64,000 nucleotides of DNA from Nannocystales bacterium (lineage in GTDB: Bacteria; Myxococcota_A; Polyangia; Nannocystales; Nannocystaceae), in assembly GCA_050633305.1 (NCBI GenBank), contig JBOEGF010000047.1, positions 1 through 64,000 of the forward strand, read 5' to 3'. This document shows, piece by piece, positions 28,964-39,618 of this stretch. Position 1 is the stretch's first letter, and the number at the start of each line of letters is the position of its first letter. The notes beneath the pieces were generated by a model. The model was given only the letters and a program-made list of their open reading frames with translations. It was not told the DNA's origin and made no database searches. Position numbers and translations under genes: made by a program.

Positions 28964-29551
28964 CTACACCCCGTCCAGCGGGTTGTCGCCGTCGGCGATC
29001 GTGATCTTCTTCCGTTTCTTTTTGCGGTCGATGCGAACCTCGAGCGTTGCGCCATCGGCCGTCTCGAGAGAAGCCCACGACGCCACTTCGACCTCCGTTC
29101 GCACCTCGACGAGACTCGACTCGTCGAGTCGGTAGTCCACGTGCACACCAACTCTGTTCGAGGCGTCGACCACGTCGAGCTGAACCCGAAACTTGTGGCG
29201 CTTACCGTCGGTTTCGACATCCCACTCCAATGGCGTCCCCACCTGTGCCGAGCTCGGCGCGTCGATCGGGGCCTCCGCCCCGGGCAACTTGATCTGCACT
29301 TGGAACGAGCTCGCCTTCGCAGGCTCGGCCGCCTTTGGAGTGTCGACATCCTCGCTACGCTCGGCCGAGTTCGCCACGGCCGGCCTAGCCGCCAGAAGCA
29401 CCAGCACGGCCGCCGACGCGGCGCGGCGAGCCCAGCGGTTGAGGGCAAACGAAGGGGTTCGGTCCGAGACGGCGTCTCGATCGGGGTTCGGGTCTACGGT
29501 CCTCATCAATCGCTCCGCACCTGCATGTTCGAAGTCGCACCAGTCCTTCAC
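28964..29551 (-). CDS. Hypothetical exported protein
   Basis: Signal-like AAVLVLLAARPAVA, beta-rich body; start uncertain. Confidence 0.55.
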   Translation of the reverse strand: MKDWCDFEHAGAERLMRTVDPNPDRDAVSDRTPSFALNRWARRAASAAVLVLLAARPAVANSAERSEDVDTPKAAEPAKASSFQVQIKLPGAEAPIDAPSSAQVGTPLEWDVETDGKRHKFRVQLDVVDASNRVGVHVDYRLDESSLVEVRTEVEVASWASLETADGATLEVRIDRKKKRKKITIADGDNPLDGV

Positions 29552-29839
29552 CCCTGAATTCGGACTCCTACGTCACGAAAAACCGAAATGGGACAGAATC
29601 CCCGACAGAACGCCGTACATGCGCCATCCGACGGTGGTGTGGAGACAATCGAGAGCACTCTCACTTGCGAGTTGGCGACGTGATGAGGCGATGCGCTGGC
29701 TCACACGGACGGAGGGCCAAGGCCGAGTATGGATGGCGGGAGCACGTCCGCGGGGCGACCGAACCCCGTAGCGGCGAGGAGCCCCTGCACTGCCACAGCA
29801 CCACTGCGTGGCATCAACAGGGGCTCGCCCGCACTCCTG

Positions 29840-31654
29840 TCACTCCCCTGCGATCACAGGGAAGACGAGCTGCGACGGGTACGCGGGCCCCGTCAGGAGG
29901 TCGACAGCGCTCTGTGGAATCGACCCGAAGTGCAGTTGACCGCTGTGCGGTTGATCCGAGCCCCCGATGACCACGTCGAGGCGCTGCCCGGCTTCGAACA
30001 GGGTCGAGGAGGGCCAAAGCTCGATCTCCAGCTCGGCGGGTTCTCCGTCGGCAAGGGGAACACTCTCGTCGTGGGGGTGGAAGGGACGCGTCGCGGTGGA
30101 CTGCGAGGGGTCCAGAGCACGGTGAGAAGCGCGAAGCCAACCGTTGGCGACCTGCCCGTGTTCGACGTCTCCGGCGAGCATGGGGACTTCCTCTCCGCTG
30201 GCGTCGTACTTGCGAATGCCGACGAAGAGGTCCGTGTCGTCCGCACCTTCGACGGAGACCCACAAGCGCAGGTTCATGCTGCCTGTGATCTCGGTATCGT
30301 CGTCGAACGTGTAGCTGAAGTGGACGAATTCGCTGTCCCCGCCCGCGACGTCGTAGTGGGCCGCTCCCGGTGCCTCGGGGACCAGCTCGGTCAGAGTCAT
30401 GCTCGTGGCGTCGAGACTGAGCGTGGTGACCGTGGACACCAGCGGCCACTGCTCGCTGGTCCGCATGTCCCCTTCGTACTGCGCCCGGCGAACCTCGTAC
30501 AAGACCGTGGGCACGTCGTCCATGCCGTTGTCCTCGTCGAGCAGGAAGCGGTCGAAGAACTGAGCCTGCCGCTGCAGCGCTTGCTCCGAGTAGTACCACT
30601 CCCACTTCTTGCGTCCGTGGACCTCCAGCCACTTCTGCTCGGAGCCCAACTCTTCGAAGCCGCGGATCGTTCCGCGCGTGTGAAGGCCATGGTCTTGCCA
30701 GGTCGCGGCCACGTACGCCGGCACGTCGACCGTGTACAAGGCCGTAGGCATCAACGACTCGTAGAACGAGCCGAACAGTGGCGCCTCCTCGACCTCCGCA
30801 ATGAGCGGCTGCTCTGCTGAATCGGGGTTCTTTGCGGGAAGGATCCGCTGCTCCCACCAGCCTCCGAAGAACGCGGACCCGCCGATTCCACCGTGATACG
30901 CGAAGTCCCGGTACACGTCCGTGAACCCCTCGTATGGCATGATCGCGGCCAGGTGCGGAGGCTCGAGCTGCGCAACCTTCCACTGGTTGATGCCCATATA
31001 GGACACCCCGTTGAGACCGACCTTTCCGTTGCTCCACTCCCGCATCGCGAGCCATTCGATGGCGTCGTAGTAGTCCTCCGCCTCCTGGTCCGTCAGCAGT
31101 GACATGTCGCCCTCCGAGAGGCCTTGGCCCCGGGCATCGACGGCCACGACGACATACCCGCGGGGAACCCAAAATGCGGGGTCGGGCATCTCGAATCCCG
31201 CCCATTGCGACACCTCGATCTCGCCGTCTTCCTCCTCGTATTCCCAGGGGAGGACGTCCTTGCCATACGGGGTGATCGCCATCAGGATCGGGTACTGCCC
31301 CGGCTGCGCGGGACGAAAGATGTTGGCGGATAGCCTCGTACCGTCCCGCGTGGGGATCCACTCCCCACGGTCAAAGACCATTTCGGTTCCATCCGGGAGC
31401 TCGATCGGTTCCTCGCCGCCCGACCCAGAGCTCGATACGTCGCCCGTCGATTCAGCGGACGTGGTGGTGGACACTTCGCCGCTGCTCGGCTCGCCGTCGG
31501 AGCTTCCGCCCGTCGAGCCTTCAGCGGCGCCCGATGTTCCGTCTTGAGGCTCGCCCGTGTCGTCGCTGGGACAGGCCGTGAGCCCCATGCAGGCCGCGGC
31601 GAAGAGCAACGCGGGAGCGCGTCGGAAGAGACCATGTCGCGAGAACTTCAACAT
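29840..31654 (-). CDS. CocE/NonD-family hydrolase lipoprotein
   Basis: TRDGTRLSANIFRP, DARGQGLSEG, WSNGKVGLNGVSYMG, GWLRASHR. Confidence 0.93.
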   Translation of the reverse strand: MLKFSRHGLFRRAPALLFAAACMGLTACPSDDTGEPQDGTSGAAEGSTGGSSDGEPSSGEVSTTTSAESTGDVSSSGSGGEEPIELPDGTEMVFDRGEWIPTRDGTRLSANIFRPAQPGQYPILMAITPYGKDVLPWEYEEEDGEIEVSQWAGFEMPDPAFWVPRGYVVVAVDARGQGLSEGDMSLLTDQEAEDYYDAIEWLAMREWSNGKVGLNGVSYMGINQWKVAQLEPPHLAAIMPYEGFTDVYRDFAYHGGIGGSAFFGGWWEQRILPAKNPDSAEQPLIAEVEEAPLFGSFYESLMPTALYTVDVPAYVAATWQDHGLHTRGTIRGFEELGSEQKWLEVHGRKKWEWYYSEQALQRQAQFFDRFLLDEDNGMDDVPTVLYEVRRAQYEGDMRTSEQWPLVSTVTTLSLDATSMTLTELVPEAPGAAHYDVAGGDSEFVHFSYTFDDDTEITGSMNLRLWVSVEGADDTDLFVGIRKYDASGEEVPMLAGDVEHGQVANGWLRASHRALDPSQSTATRPFHPHDESVPLADGEPAELEIELWPSSTLFEAGQRLDVVIGGSDQPHSGQLHFGSIPQSAVDLLTGPAYPSQLVFPVIAGE

Positions 31655-31745
31655 CGAAACTCAGGCTAGTGAGCGCGACCGCGATGGGCTTGACCGGCTC
31701 GGCCGAAGTTCTTGACCGATCCGGCCAAACCGGACGGAGTGTGAT

Positions 31746-32756
31746 TCAGGCCCTGTCGTCGCGCTTTCGAAACGCGAGCGGACTGAGGCCGCTGTGCTTT
31801 CGAAAGAACCGACTGAACGCGCTCTGCTCGGAGAACCCAAGCAAGAACGAAATGTCCGAGAGCGTGCGTCGGGGGTCATCGAGCAGCGTGCGCGCGAGAC
31901 CGAGACGAACGTGTGCCACAAGGTCCTGGTAGCCGATGCCCTCCGAACTCAGATGACGCCGGAGGCCACGCTCACTCATGCCCAGTTCGGCCGCGACCGA
32001 CTCCATCGGTGGAAGCCCCGAAGACAGTCGGGCCGCGATCCTGCGCTCGAGGTTCGACCTGAGCTCGCCTTGTGGCGGAGAATGCTTGGCGAGCAGAGCC
32101 TGTGCATGCCGATCGAAGAACTCTCGCATCGCTGGGTTGCTCGACCCCGGGGACCGGTCGAGCACGCTCGCATCGAACTCGATGCTGTCCTCCGTACGCC
32201 CGAACCCCGGCTCCACGCCGAAGTACTCCGTGTGGGCGCTGACCTCCTTGGGGGCCGCGTGCTGAAATGCGACCCCGGCACATGTGAAGTCCGGGTCCAA
32301 CACCGCTCGCACCATCGCAACCCATCCTGCGAGCGCCCCCTCGTTGTCACACCGGTGACCGAGCGTTCGAGGTCCCGGGCGATGGAGCGAGAGGCGTGCC
32401 CGCCCCGGCGAAGGACGCGTAAGCTCGAAGCGGATCGTGTCCGACGTGAGGTGGGTGTATCGGATGCCTCGCTCGAACGCTTCCCATCCCGTCGCGCTCG
32501 TGACCGCTGCAAACCCTCGCACCTCGAGATCCGCGGCCGAGCGCATCCCACCCGCGAACACGGGGAACCCTGGATCGCGAAGCGTCCGCATGATCCGTTC
32601 CCACAGGTCGTAGTGCTGGGTGATCGGAAGTCGCTTGTCGCGAAGCGCTTCCGGTGTCGACACGCCGAAGATATCCAGCAGCGGGCCAGCTTCGAGCCCC
32701 CGTCGCCCCGCGGCTTCGACCACTCGCAGTGGAATCTGTGCGGTGATGCTCCCCAT
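31746..32756 (-). CDS. AraC-family transcriptional regulator
   Basis: VAAELGMSERGLRRHL...ISFLLGFSEQSAFSRFFRK. Confidence 0.95.
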   Translation of the reverse strand: MGSITAQIPLRVVEAAGRRGLEAGPLLDIFGVSTPEALRDKRLPITQHYDLWERIMRTLRDPGFPVFAGGMRSAADLEVRGFAAVTSATGWEAFERGIRYTHLTSDTIRFELTRPSPGRARLSLHRPGPRTLGHRCDNEGALAGWVAMVRAVLDPDFTCAGVAFQHAAPKEVSAHTEYFGVEPGFGRTEDSIEFDASVLDRSPGSSNPAMREFFDRHAQALLAKHSPPQGELRSNLERRIAARLSSGLPPMESVAAELGMSERGLRRHLSSEGIGYQDLVAHVRLGLARTLLDDPRRTLSDISFLLGFSEQSAFSRFFRKHSGLSPLAFRKRDDRA

Positions 32757-32928
32757 CCTGCGCTCCCGAGGTCACCTCGCGGCGCCCGACCATACCTCGA
32801 CCGTCGTCGCGGCCGGCCCCCGTCGCAACACTCATCGTTATGGCGCCCCACCCGCTTCCACCGCGCCGGCGCCTTCGGGTCGAACGCCCGCGTGTTCGAC
32901 CGATCGTGGAGCGTGTTAGCGTCGACGG

Positions 32929-33426
32929 ATGCAGCTGTCGAAGTGCAGTGGATGCGACCGGCTCATCGATACCCAAGCCTCGACGTGTGTGCATTGCCAG
33001 GTGCCTCAGCGGCGCGCCAGTTGGCGCGCAGCACACTCCGGATGGATCGCTCCCCTGACCATCGCCGGCCTCGCCCTGGGAACCTGCAGCGGCACCGCGC
33101 GTGCGAGCACCAGCACCGGAGCAGACATGCCAGGCTCGACCGGCGTCGCGAGCTCGACGGGGGCTGCCAGCTCGACCGGCAGCACGGGTTCGCCCCCCGC
33201 GGAGTCCACCACCGGCGACACGACGGGCGAGGAGCTGATGACAGGGTCCGGCACCGACACCGACGCCGCCACTGAACACGACACGGAGAGCTACCCGCCT
33301 GCCGAGCCCCACTACGGAACGTCCGCTTGGGGCTGCGACATCGGCGAGGAGGACACCCCTGCGGCGCCCGCCTCGATGCTCCTGCTGCTGCTCCTGGCCC
33401 AGCGTCGACGAAGCCGCGACGCCTGA
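32929..33426 (+). CDS. MYXO-CTERM-type surface protein with N-terminal CxxC zinc ribbon
   Basis: CSGC...CVHC N-terminus; C-terminal GC...LLLLLLAQRRR. Confidence 0.65.
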   Translation: MQLSKCSGCDRLIDTQASTCVHCQVPQRRASWRAAHSGWIAPLTIAGLALGTCSGTARASTSTGADMPGSTGVASSTGAASSTGSTGSPPAESTTGDTTGEELMTGSGTDTDAATEHDTESYPPAEPHYGTSAWGCDIGEEDTPAAPASMLLLLLLAQRRRSRDA

Positions 33427-33650
33427 GCGCGTTCGCTTCGCAGACGACTGCGTTTCACGCGGGTCGTGTCCTCGACTCATGCCCCGGCGCCCTCGCCCGC
33501 ACGGGGTCTCGATAGAGGCCGCCCTATCGCTCGAAGCAGGCCCAGGGCGGCGGAGACTCCTTCTTTCGCCTCCGCGGCGAAGAGCCCACCCCGACCTGAA
33601 AGAGCGGCCGCGCGGACGGCGGCTCGCTCTACGACACAGTCACGGACCTG

Positions 33651-33983
33651 GTGATCAACTCGGCGGGTGAGTTGGTGTTGAGCGGCACTTTCCTCTGGAA
33701 AGATCTCAACAACATCAGCCCCTACGCGGACCGGGACCTCTCGGCACTTAAGTTCGTGACGTTCGCCTTGGCGGGATATCGTACTGCCGATGGTATGGGG
33801 CTCTGGGCCGAGAGCTACGGCGGGGCCCATGGGGAGCTCAACAACGATCTCGTCGCGATGTCCGCGTCACCTGCAGGCAACGTGATCCTCGCCGGCTACT
33901 TCAAGGAGGCCGTTTCGATTCATGGATTGACCCTCCCTGCCACCACGACAGCCGACTTCTTTGTGCTGAGCACCGAGCCCTAG
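33651..33983 (+). pseudogene. Beta-propeller repeat protein fragment
   Basis: GLWAESYGG...AMSASPAGNVILAGYF...DFFVL; no proper 5' part. Confidence 0.5.
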
Positions 33984-34074
33984 CTTCGCAACGGTGCTCT
34001 CGTGCCGCTGGCCCTGCATCAGCTGGGCATGGAGCGGCCTCCCTTCGCCGCGCGCCGCACCGGGGTCAGGTCAT

Positions 34075-34102
34075 GCAAATGCGACAGCGCTGTCGCATTT
34101 GC
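34075..34102. repeat. Perfect 28-bp palindrome GCAAATGCGACAGCGCTGTCGCATTTGC
   Basis: 14+14 perfect inverted repeat without loop. Confidence 0.9.
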
Positions 34103-34244
34103 GCAGCCACACTCCCAGGCCAACCGGGGCCGCAGCCCAGCATCCCGGGTTCATCCGAGGACGTCGATGAACCGCGTGCTCTCGTCCACCGTCGGCTCCT
34201 GGCCTGGGGTTGTCCTCAACCGTGCCAGCGCCGCTTCGGTGGCC

Positions 34245-34420
34245 CCGACATTGGGATGCGACAGCTTGGTCAGCGCTTGGGCCTCCCGTACGCGCCGCTT
34301 CGCGGTCGGTATGGATCGTCGTGTCGGCTCCGGACTTCGGCCCGCGCAAAACCTTGAGGGCGACGCATCGATCCAGGTTGGGAGTCCGGCGGGTGAACGA
34401 CGTCAAGACGGAGCGGAGCT
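34245..34420 (-). pseudogene. Ser/Thr kinase N-lobe remnant
   Basis: PNLDRCVALKVLR and, in another frame, REAQALTKLSHPNV. Confidence 0.65.
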
Positions 34421-34674
34421 GCGAGGCGACTACAATGCAGTTCGGCGCTTCCACGGAGGCCCTCCTTCAAGGGATTCGCGGACGCTCTCTGGAGCCAGGA
34501 ACGAACCGAGACCGAGCCGGTCGACGCGGCAGTCCCCGATTTCGATCCCGTCGTTCGCCCGCGTTCCAAGGGCCGCCTGCCCTCGCGCTGGTCCCGGCGG
34601 GAGCCAGACGGACAAAAGCCCAGGCAGGATATCGGGAACGTTCGGCCGCCCGCGGCAACTGACCAGGAGCCTCT

Positions 34675-35347
34675 ATGCTGCTCCTGCCCCTCATGACGCT
34701 CACAGCTGCGACCGAAGCAGCCCTCGTGGCCTGGACCCCGACTCCGACCACGATCGTTCGCGCTTCCGAACCATCTGACCCCTCCGAACCGGCCGAACCA
34801 TCCGACCCCGGAAGCGATCCGTCGACACAGCCCACGACCGATGCTGCAGCCCCGATCACCGTTCAAAACGCAGGACGGCGTGAGCGTTGTGGACCTGGAG
34901 GACGAAGCATCGTGGGAAGGACTGTCCCCGGCGGCGAAGGACAGGCTCCGAGCGGAGCGCGCGAGACGGCAGGCCGAAGCCGTGGCGAGCCCGGAACCGG
35001 CGGACGAAGGCGCCCACGTGCCCGGCACCGACCTGGAGCGACCGCCGACCCGCTCCGCACCACGACCCCGGAATGCTCGTAAGCTGGAGACTTACTACAA
35101 GGACAAGGAGCGGCATCTCGTCATCGCGACCGCCGTGCTGGGAGGGGCTTGGGCGGTCCTGGTATCTACGAGCATCGGCCTTGCGTCCACGGGCAGCGGA
35201 ACGCCGGCGCTCTACGGCACGCTTGGGACGCTCACCTCCGCCGCGGGGCTGGGAACCATCGTCTCGGGCACACTCCTGGGGGCCCACCGGAACACGCGGC
35301 CGCTCTACTTCACCGCGGGGCGGGGTGGGATCGGCCTGCGGTTCTAG
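34675..35347 (+). pseudogene. Exported protein with a +1 frameshift in an AAAA run
   Basis: Removing one A at 34865-34868 joins ...APITVQ to TQDGVSVVD...; C-terminal GGIGLRF. Confidence 0.6.
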
Positions 35348-36045
35348 CGGCAGCCTCCGGCCCGTCGACGTCTACCCGTTCTCCCATGTACCTGGAGGAC
35401 ATCGCGAGGACTCGGTGTCTGACGAAGCGTTCTCCCCGGGGTCGGACAACCAACGATGACTGCTGTTCGTCCACGGATCGGTGATGCACAGCATTCTCCG
35501 GGGATCTGCTGGTCCGCATGCGACCTTGCCCAGGGTCCGTCCCTCTCGGCCAGGAAGCAGAGCTGTTTCAGAGGGCCCGGAGCGAGGCGACTCGGGCTGA
35601 TCCGAGAGCAACGTTGCGACGGCGCGATCCACATTCCGTGCAAGCTGCGCCCGCGGCATCTGCGCTGAAGTCCCCTGCCAGCTTCGAGACGAAGGGCACA
35701 CCAACCTCAACACGGATGTACACAACGAGGTGGAGGCCCCGTCGCCCTCGGAGACGAGCCAGGACTCGCAGTACCGCAAAGGCGACGCGCCGCTCGCAGG
35801 ACACCGAACGACGCAGCCCCTGTCCGCTCATCCCTCCTCATGGGCTGGGGTTGTGCGCGGCCGGGTCCCTCCGGTCCAAGACCTCCGCCGGAGTTCCCCG
35901 TCACTGCTGCGATCGAGCTCGCCGATGCCCGTCATGCCCGGGCCGCAGCCACCCACGCCAGTGCGTCGGCATGCCCGCCATGCCATCGTGAGCAACGACG
36001 GCGGTCCGAAGGAACGCCCTGTTTCGAGCCATTGACGACTGGCCT

Positions 36046-36717
36046 ATGCACAGACGAATTCAACTGACGACGACGATCGGGATCGGCCTGCTGGCAGGGT
36101 TGCTTTCTGCCTGCGGTGACGACGCTTCGGTCGGCACGGCCTCGGGCACCGGGACGGGCACCGAGGGAAGCGGTGCCGAGACGACCACCATGGTTCCATC
36201 CGACTCAAGCTCGAGTTCCTCGTCGAGCGGCACCACCCCAGACCCCACAGGTTCCGGAAGTTCCGGCGTGCCTGCATGCGAGCCCGACTTCACGCCCCTG
36301 CAGGCCGACGCCCTGCCCCGTTGCACGGACAGCACTCTGGAGTGTTGGCTGTCGTGCCCACTTCTCGACTCCCATGAATGCAGGTCGGCCTGCACCGCCG
36401 CCGACCCAACCCCGCCCCACGTTCTCGACGATGGCTCGACCGTCGACTGCGGCCGATGCATCAACCGAATGTTCGGCAGCTGTTGGGCGGATGCATGCCC
36501 CGAAGAAACCCTGGCCTCTCGCTGCTGCACTCAAGACTCGGGCTGCTCGGAGCAGTGCCTTGCGTTCGGGCCGTGCACCACCGAAGACCTCGAGTGCATC
36601 CGGACCGCGTGCGCCCCCGAGCTCAGCGCCCAGGCTGAATGCCTCGAGCAGACCGATGGGCTGGCCAGCTGCCGCGTCTCGAATGGCGGACTCGCCACGC
36701 AGTGCTTCGGCCCCTGA
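36046..36717 (+). CDS. Cys-rich lipoprotein
   Basis: LLSAC lipobox, S/T/G linker, many Cys. Confidence 0.8.
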   Translation: MHRRIQLTTTIGIGLLAGLLSACGDDASVGTASGTGTGTEGSGAETTTMVPSDSSSSSSSSGTTPDPTGSGSSGVPACEPDFTPLQADALPRCTDSTLECWLSCPLLDSHECRSACTAADPTPPHVLDDGSTVDCGRCINRMFGSCWADACPEETLASRCCTQDSGCSEQCLAFGPCTTEDLECIRTACAPELSAQAECLEQTDGLASCRVSNGGLATQCFGP

Positions 36718-37134
36718 CGCTCGACCGCGACGGAAGACGTGCGCAGTGCACCACCGAGACGCTGCGCTCTCGTCGGCTCCGGTCCGATGAGGTCGGGTCG
36801 ACTCGCCTGGTGTGTCGCAGATGTCGGAGGTTTCGCCACGCGAGCGCCCGGCCAGCAGTGGCCCGAAGTTCGATTCGCCGATGACCGGCCGGGGCTCGGC
36901 GGTCGCGTCTGCGGGGAGTACTCGCGCGGGGGTCATTCAGGCCGATCGAAGTCTCGGCCGCAAGCGTCGTTGTCGTTGCCACCTCCTGTCCCTCGGCTGC
37001 AGCGGCCGGTTTCTTGCTCGCGACCAGCGAGCGCAAGAGGTAGGCGCAGGGGACCGAATGTAGAGAGATGGAACACCGGACATTTTCCACGTAAGGCGGA
37101 TGACATCGGGGAACACCGGTCGTATAGTCCCCGA

Positions 37135-38073
37135 GTGCAAATCGCTCGGGCATTCTGTGCGGTCGCACTGGGGTTGACGGGCTGCCCCTCCTCCCAAGGG
37201 TTCGCCTGCGAGGACGACCACCAATGTGTCCAGAGCGGACAGGCTGGGGTCTGCCAGGCCAACGCGTTCTGCAGCTTCCCGGACGCCGATTGCCCCTCGG
37301 GGCATCGCTATAGCGAGCACTCATCGCATTTTTCGGGGCTTTGCGTCGGCGAGAACGAGAATCCCGGGGGCACGCAAGGGACCGACAACGGGGCCACGTC
37401 GTACACCCCCATCAACGAGCCCGAGACCGGTGGCGAGGAGACGTCCGGCGAGGGCACGACGACGACCGCCTCCGGCCCTTCACTCACCACGGGGAACGAG
37501 GACGCCGATTCCACCGAGTCATCGGGCACAGACGGGCCGCCAAACATGACGCTACGGAATCACAATGGTGAATGTGAAACCGGTAACGGAGTCGCATGTC
37601 TGTCCAGTGGTGACTATGTCGGGGACAATCACACGCAGGAGTGCTTCGAAAGCCCCTTGGAGCTTCCATTCTCGCTGCTCTCAGCCCGGTACTACGTCGG
37701 CAACGTCGACGAGGCACTCAGCGACTTTCGTCTCCAGGTACGCCCCGGATCCGAAGGAGCTCCCAGCGAACGACAGGTGCTCTTCGAGGTGCCTCTCGAG
37801 GCCGACGATGCGACACCTGGATGGCACACCTTCGTCCTATCACAGCCCCTGGAGATCACGGAGGCCGAGTTCTGCGTGGGGATTGCCGCTCCCGAAGACG
37901 GGCCCGGGGGCGGCGTGGGGATCGCCGCCGATTCGAATTCCTTACTGGTCTCCGGGCGCAGCTACTTTCGCTCCTCGCGCTGCGGGTTGGAAACGTTCGT
38001 CGACATCATGTCGCTCGACAACGTCTCCCCACAGCAGGGCAACTGGTGCATCGACGTCGAGGTCGGGAACTGA
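37135..38073 (+). CDS. Lipoprotein with Cys-rich N-domain and beta-sandwich C-domain
   Basis: LTGC lipobox; CEDDHQC...CSFPDADCPSGHRY. Confidence 0.75.
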   Translation: MQIARAFCAVALGLTGCPSSQGFACEDDHQCVQSGQAGVCQANAFCSFPDADCPSGHRYSEHSSHFSGLCVGENENPGGTQGTDNGATSYTPINEPETGGEETSGEGTTTTASGPSLTTGNEDADSTESSGTDGPPNMTLRNHNGECETGNGVACLSSGDYVGDNHTQECFESPLELPFSLLSARYYVGNVDEALSDFRLQVRPGSEGAPSERQVLFEVPLEADDATPGWHTFVLSQPLEITEAEFCVGIAAPEDGPGGGVGIAADSNSLLVSGRSYFRSSRCGLETFVDIMSLDNVSPQQGNWCIDVEVGN

Positions 38074-38134
38074 GCGCACCTGAACTCCGGCCTGCACTGA
38101 ACGGCTCGCGGGCGGAGGCGTCCCGTCGGACCCG

Positions 38135-38536
38135 CTACGGCAGAAGCCACAGCGACCGGCCGCTGTCCGCCCAGAGGCTGTTCCCACTCTTGAGAGCGTA
38201 GAAACCCATCACGCAACCTGACTCACGGGCGCACGAGATGATCGCCGGTGGCACGCTCGCCGCCATGCTCTTGCTGAAGTTGATCGCCGGGGGCTCGGAC
38301 GAATTCAGCCCCCGGTCACTCCAGGCACACTGACCGTTCTGAAGCGATGCGCCGTTGCTGCTTCCGCTCGGCGCCTTCGAGAACCGGATCACCATGTGGC
38401 TCTTGACCATCTCCACCTTGAACTTGCCCTTGCAGAGCATCTTGTAGGAGCGGGCCGCCGCGTCGGCGTTCTCGGGAGCCACGGTAACGGTCATGAGGCC
38501 AAGGCCGAGGAGCGCTGCGATTCTTGAATACTTCAT
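38135..38536 (-). CDS. Small secreted Cys-containing protein
   Basis: MKYSRIAALLGLGL...ADA signal peptide; GQCAWSDRG. Confidence 0.7.
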   Translation of the reverse strand: MKYSRIAALLGLGLMTVTVAPENADAAARSYKMLCKGKFKVEMVKSHMVIRFSKAPSGSSNGASLQNGQCAWSDRGLNSSEPPAINFSKSMAASVPPAIISCARESGCVMGFYALKSGNSLWADSGRSLWLLP

Positions 38537-38886
38537 TGTGGAGAGGCCTTCGGTTCTGTTGCGAGTCCGCCCACCCAATGCGCTTCCGCAGCTCCGTGGG
38601 GCTGGACGCACGGAGGCGCAAAGGTGCCGGGGGGTGGCCGAACGTCATCTTCGGGCCACAGACGTGCCCCGGGGACGAACTCCCTCACTTTTTCTTTGAC
38701 GTGGCTTCCGTACCCACCCGTGCTCATTTTCGCCCAGCGCGACGGGACGCCACCTCGAAGAGCCCTCGATGGCTCGACGTGCGGCAATTTCAGATTGCGG
38801 CGACGCAGATGGGTACGAGGGGCCAACGCACCCGGCAACGGAGGGCCCTCGCTCCCCGATGCGGTCACGCGACCCGGGACCGTCGG

Positions 38887-39423
38887 CTACCAGATCGTGA
38901 ACAGCGGATGCCAGGACACGGACAGCATCGCCCCGCTGCCCCACGCCTGGTCGTTCGAGAGCGGCTGGTACCAGTTGGCCTTCACCTCAAACGCGCCCGC
39001 GCGCTCGGTGTACACGCGCGCCGAGACGCCGGGTTCCGCCGCCGCAAGCAGCCCACTGCGCTCCGCGTGCACCTTCCCCCCGCCCGCGGTGATCGACAGG
39101 TCAGGACCCAACTCAAACCGGTCGTTTCCCAAGAGCGAGTAGTACCCCCGGGCTCCGCCCCAACCCAGCCGCGACTTGTTCGGGCCCATGCCCACCCGAG
39201 CGATCGCCATGAACCCAACCCGGTCCCACATGTATCCGAAACCGGTGCCCAGCGTCCCCAACTGTTGGTCGGACCGGCCGCGGTAGCTGCCGAAGTTGTG
39301 CATGTATCCGCCCTCCATCGGAACCAAAATGAGGTCCCGCTCTGGCGGAGCAGCGTTGGCGATGGGGACGCAGAGCAACGCGGTCAACCCGACCGCCGCA
39401 CCGATGATTTTGTTTCCAGACAT
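38887..39423 (-). CDS. Exported small beta-barrel-like protein
   Basis: Signal peptide ANA; alternating strands. Confidence 0.65.
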   Translation of the reverse strand: MSGNKIIGAAVGLTALLCVPIANAAPPERDLILVPMEGGYMHNFGSYRGRSDQQLGTLGTGFGYMWDRVGFMAIARVGMGPNKSRLGWGGARGYYSLLGNDRFELGPDLSITAGGGKVHAERSGLLAAAEPGVSARVYTERAGAFEVKANWYQPLSNDQAWGSGAMLSVSWHPLFTIW

Positions 39424-39618
39424 GCCCTGCCCAACCCCAGGCCGGCGTCGCTCTTACGCGGGCATGGGACCGCTCGGCGAAGCGACGGGTTGATCGACCC
39501 TGCTGAGCGATCGTGTGGGGCCTCCCCACGTCTCCGGCCCCGATTTCGCGCGTCGGACCGCAAGACGCACAGGCCCCGCCGCAGAGCGTCCTCCACGAAG
39601 ATGGACACCTGGAGGCGG

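Noticed and set aside
27032..32756. P450 + VOC + CocE + AraC as a biosynthetic gene cluster
   Set aside because: No core synthase (PKS, NRPS, terpene cyclase or RiPP maturase) and mixed orientations
60..38000. Integron cassette array explaining the many small genes
   Set aside because: Genes lie on both strands, no repeated attC-like RYYYAAC...GTTRRRY structures were seen, and there is no integrase
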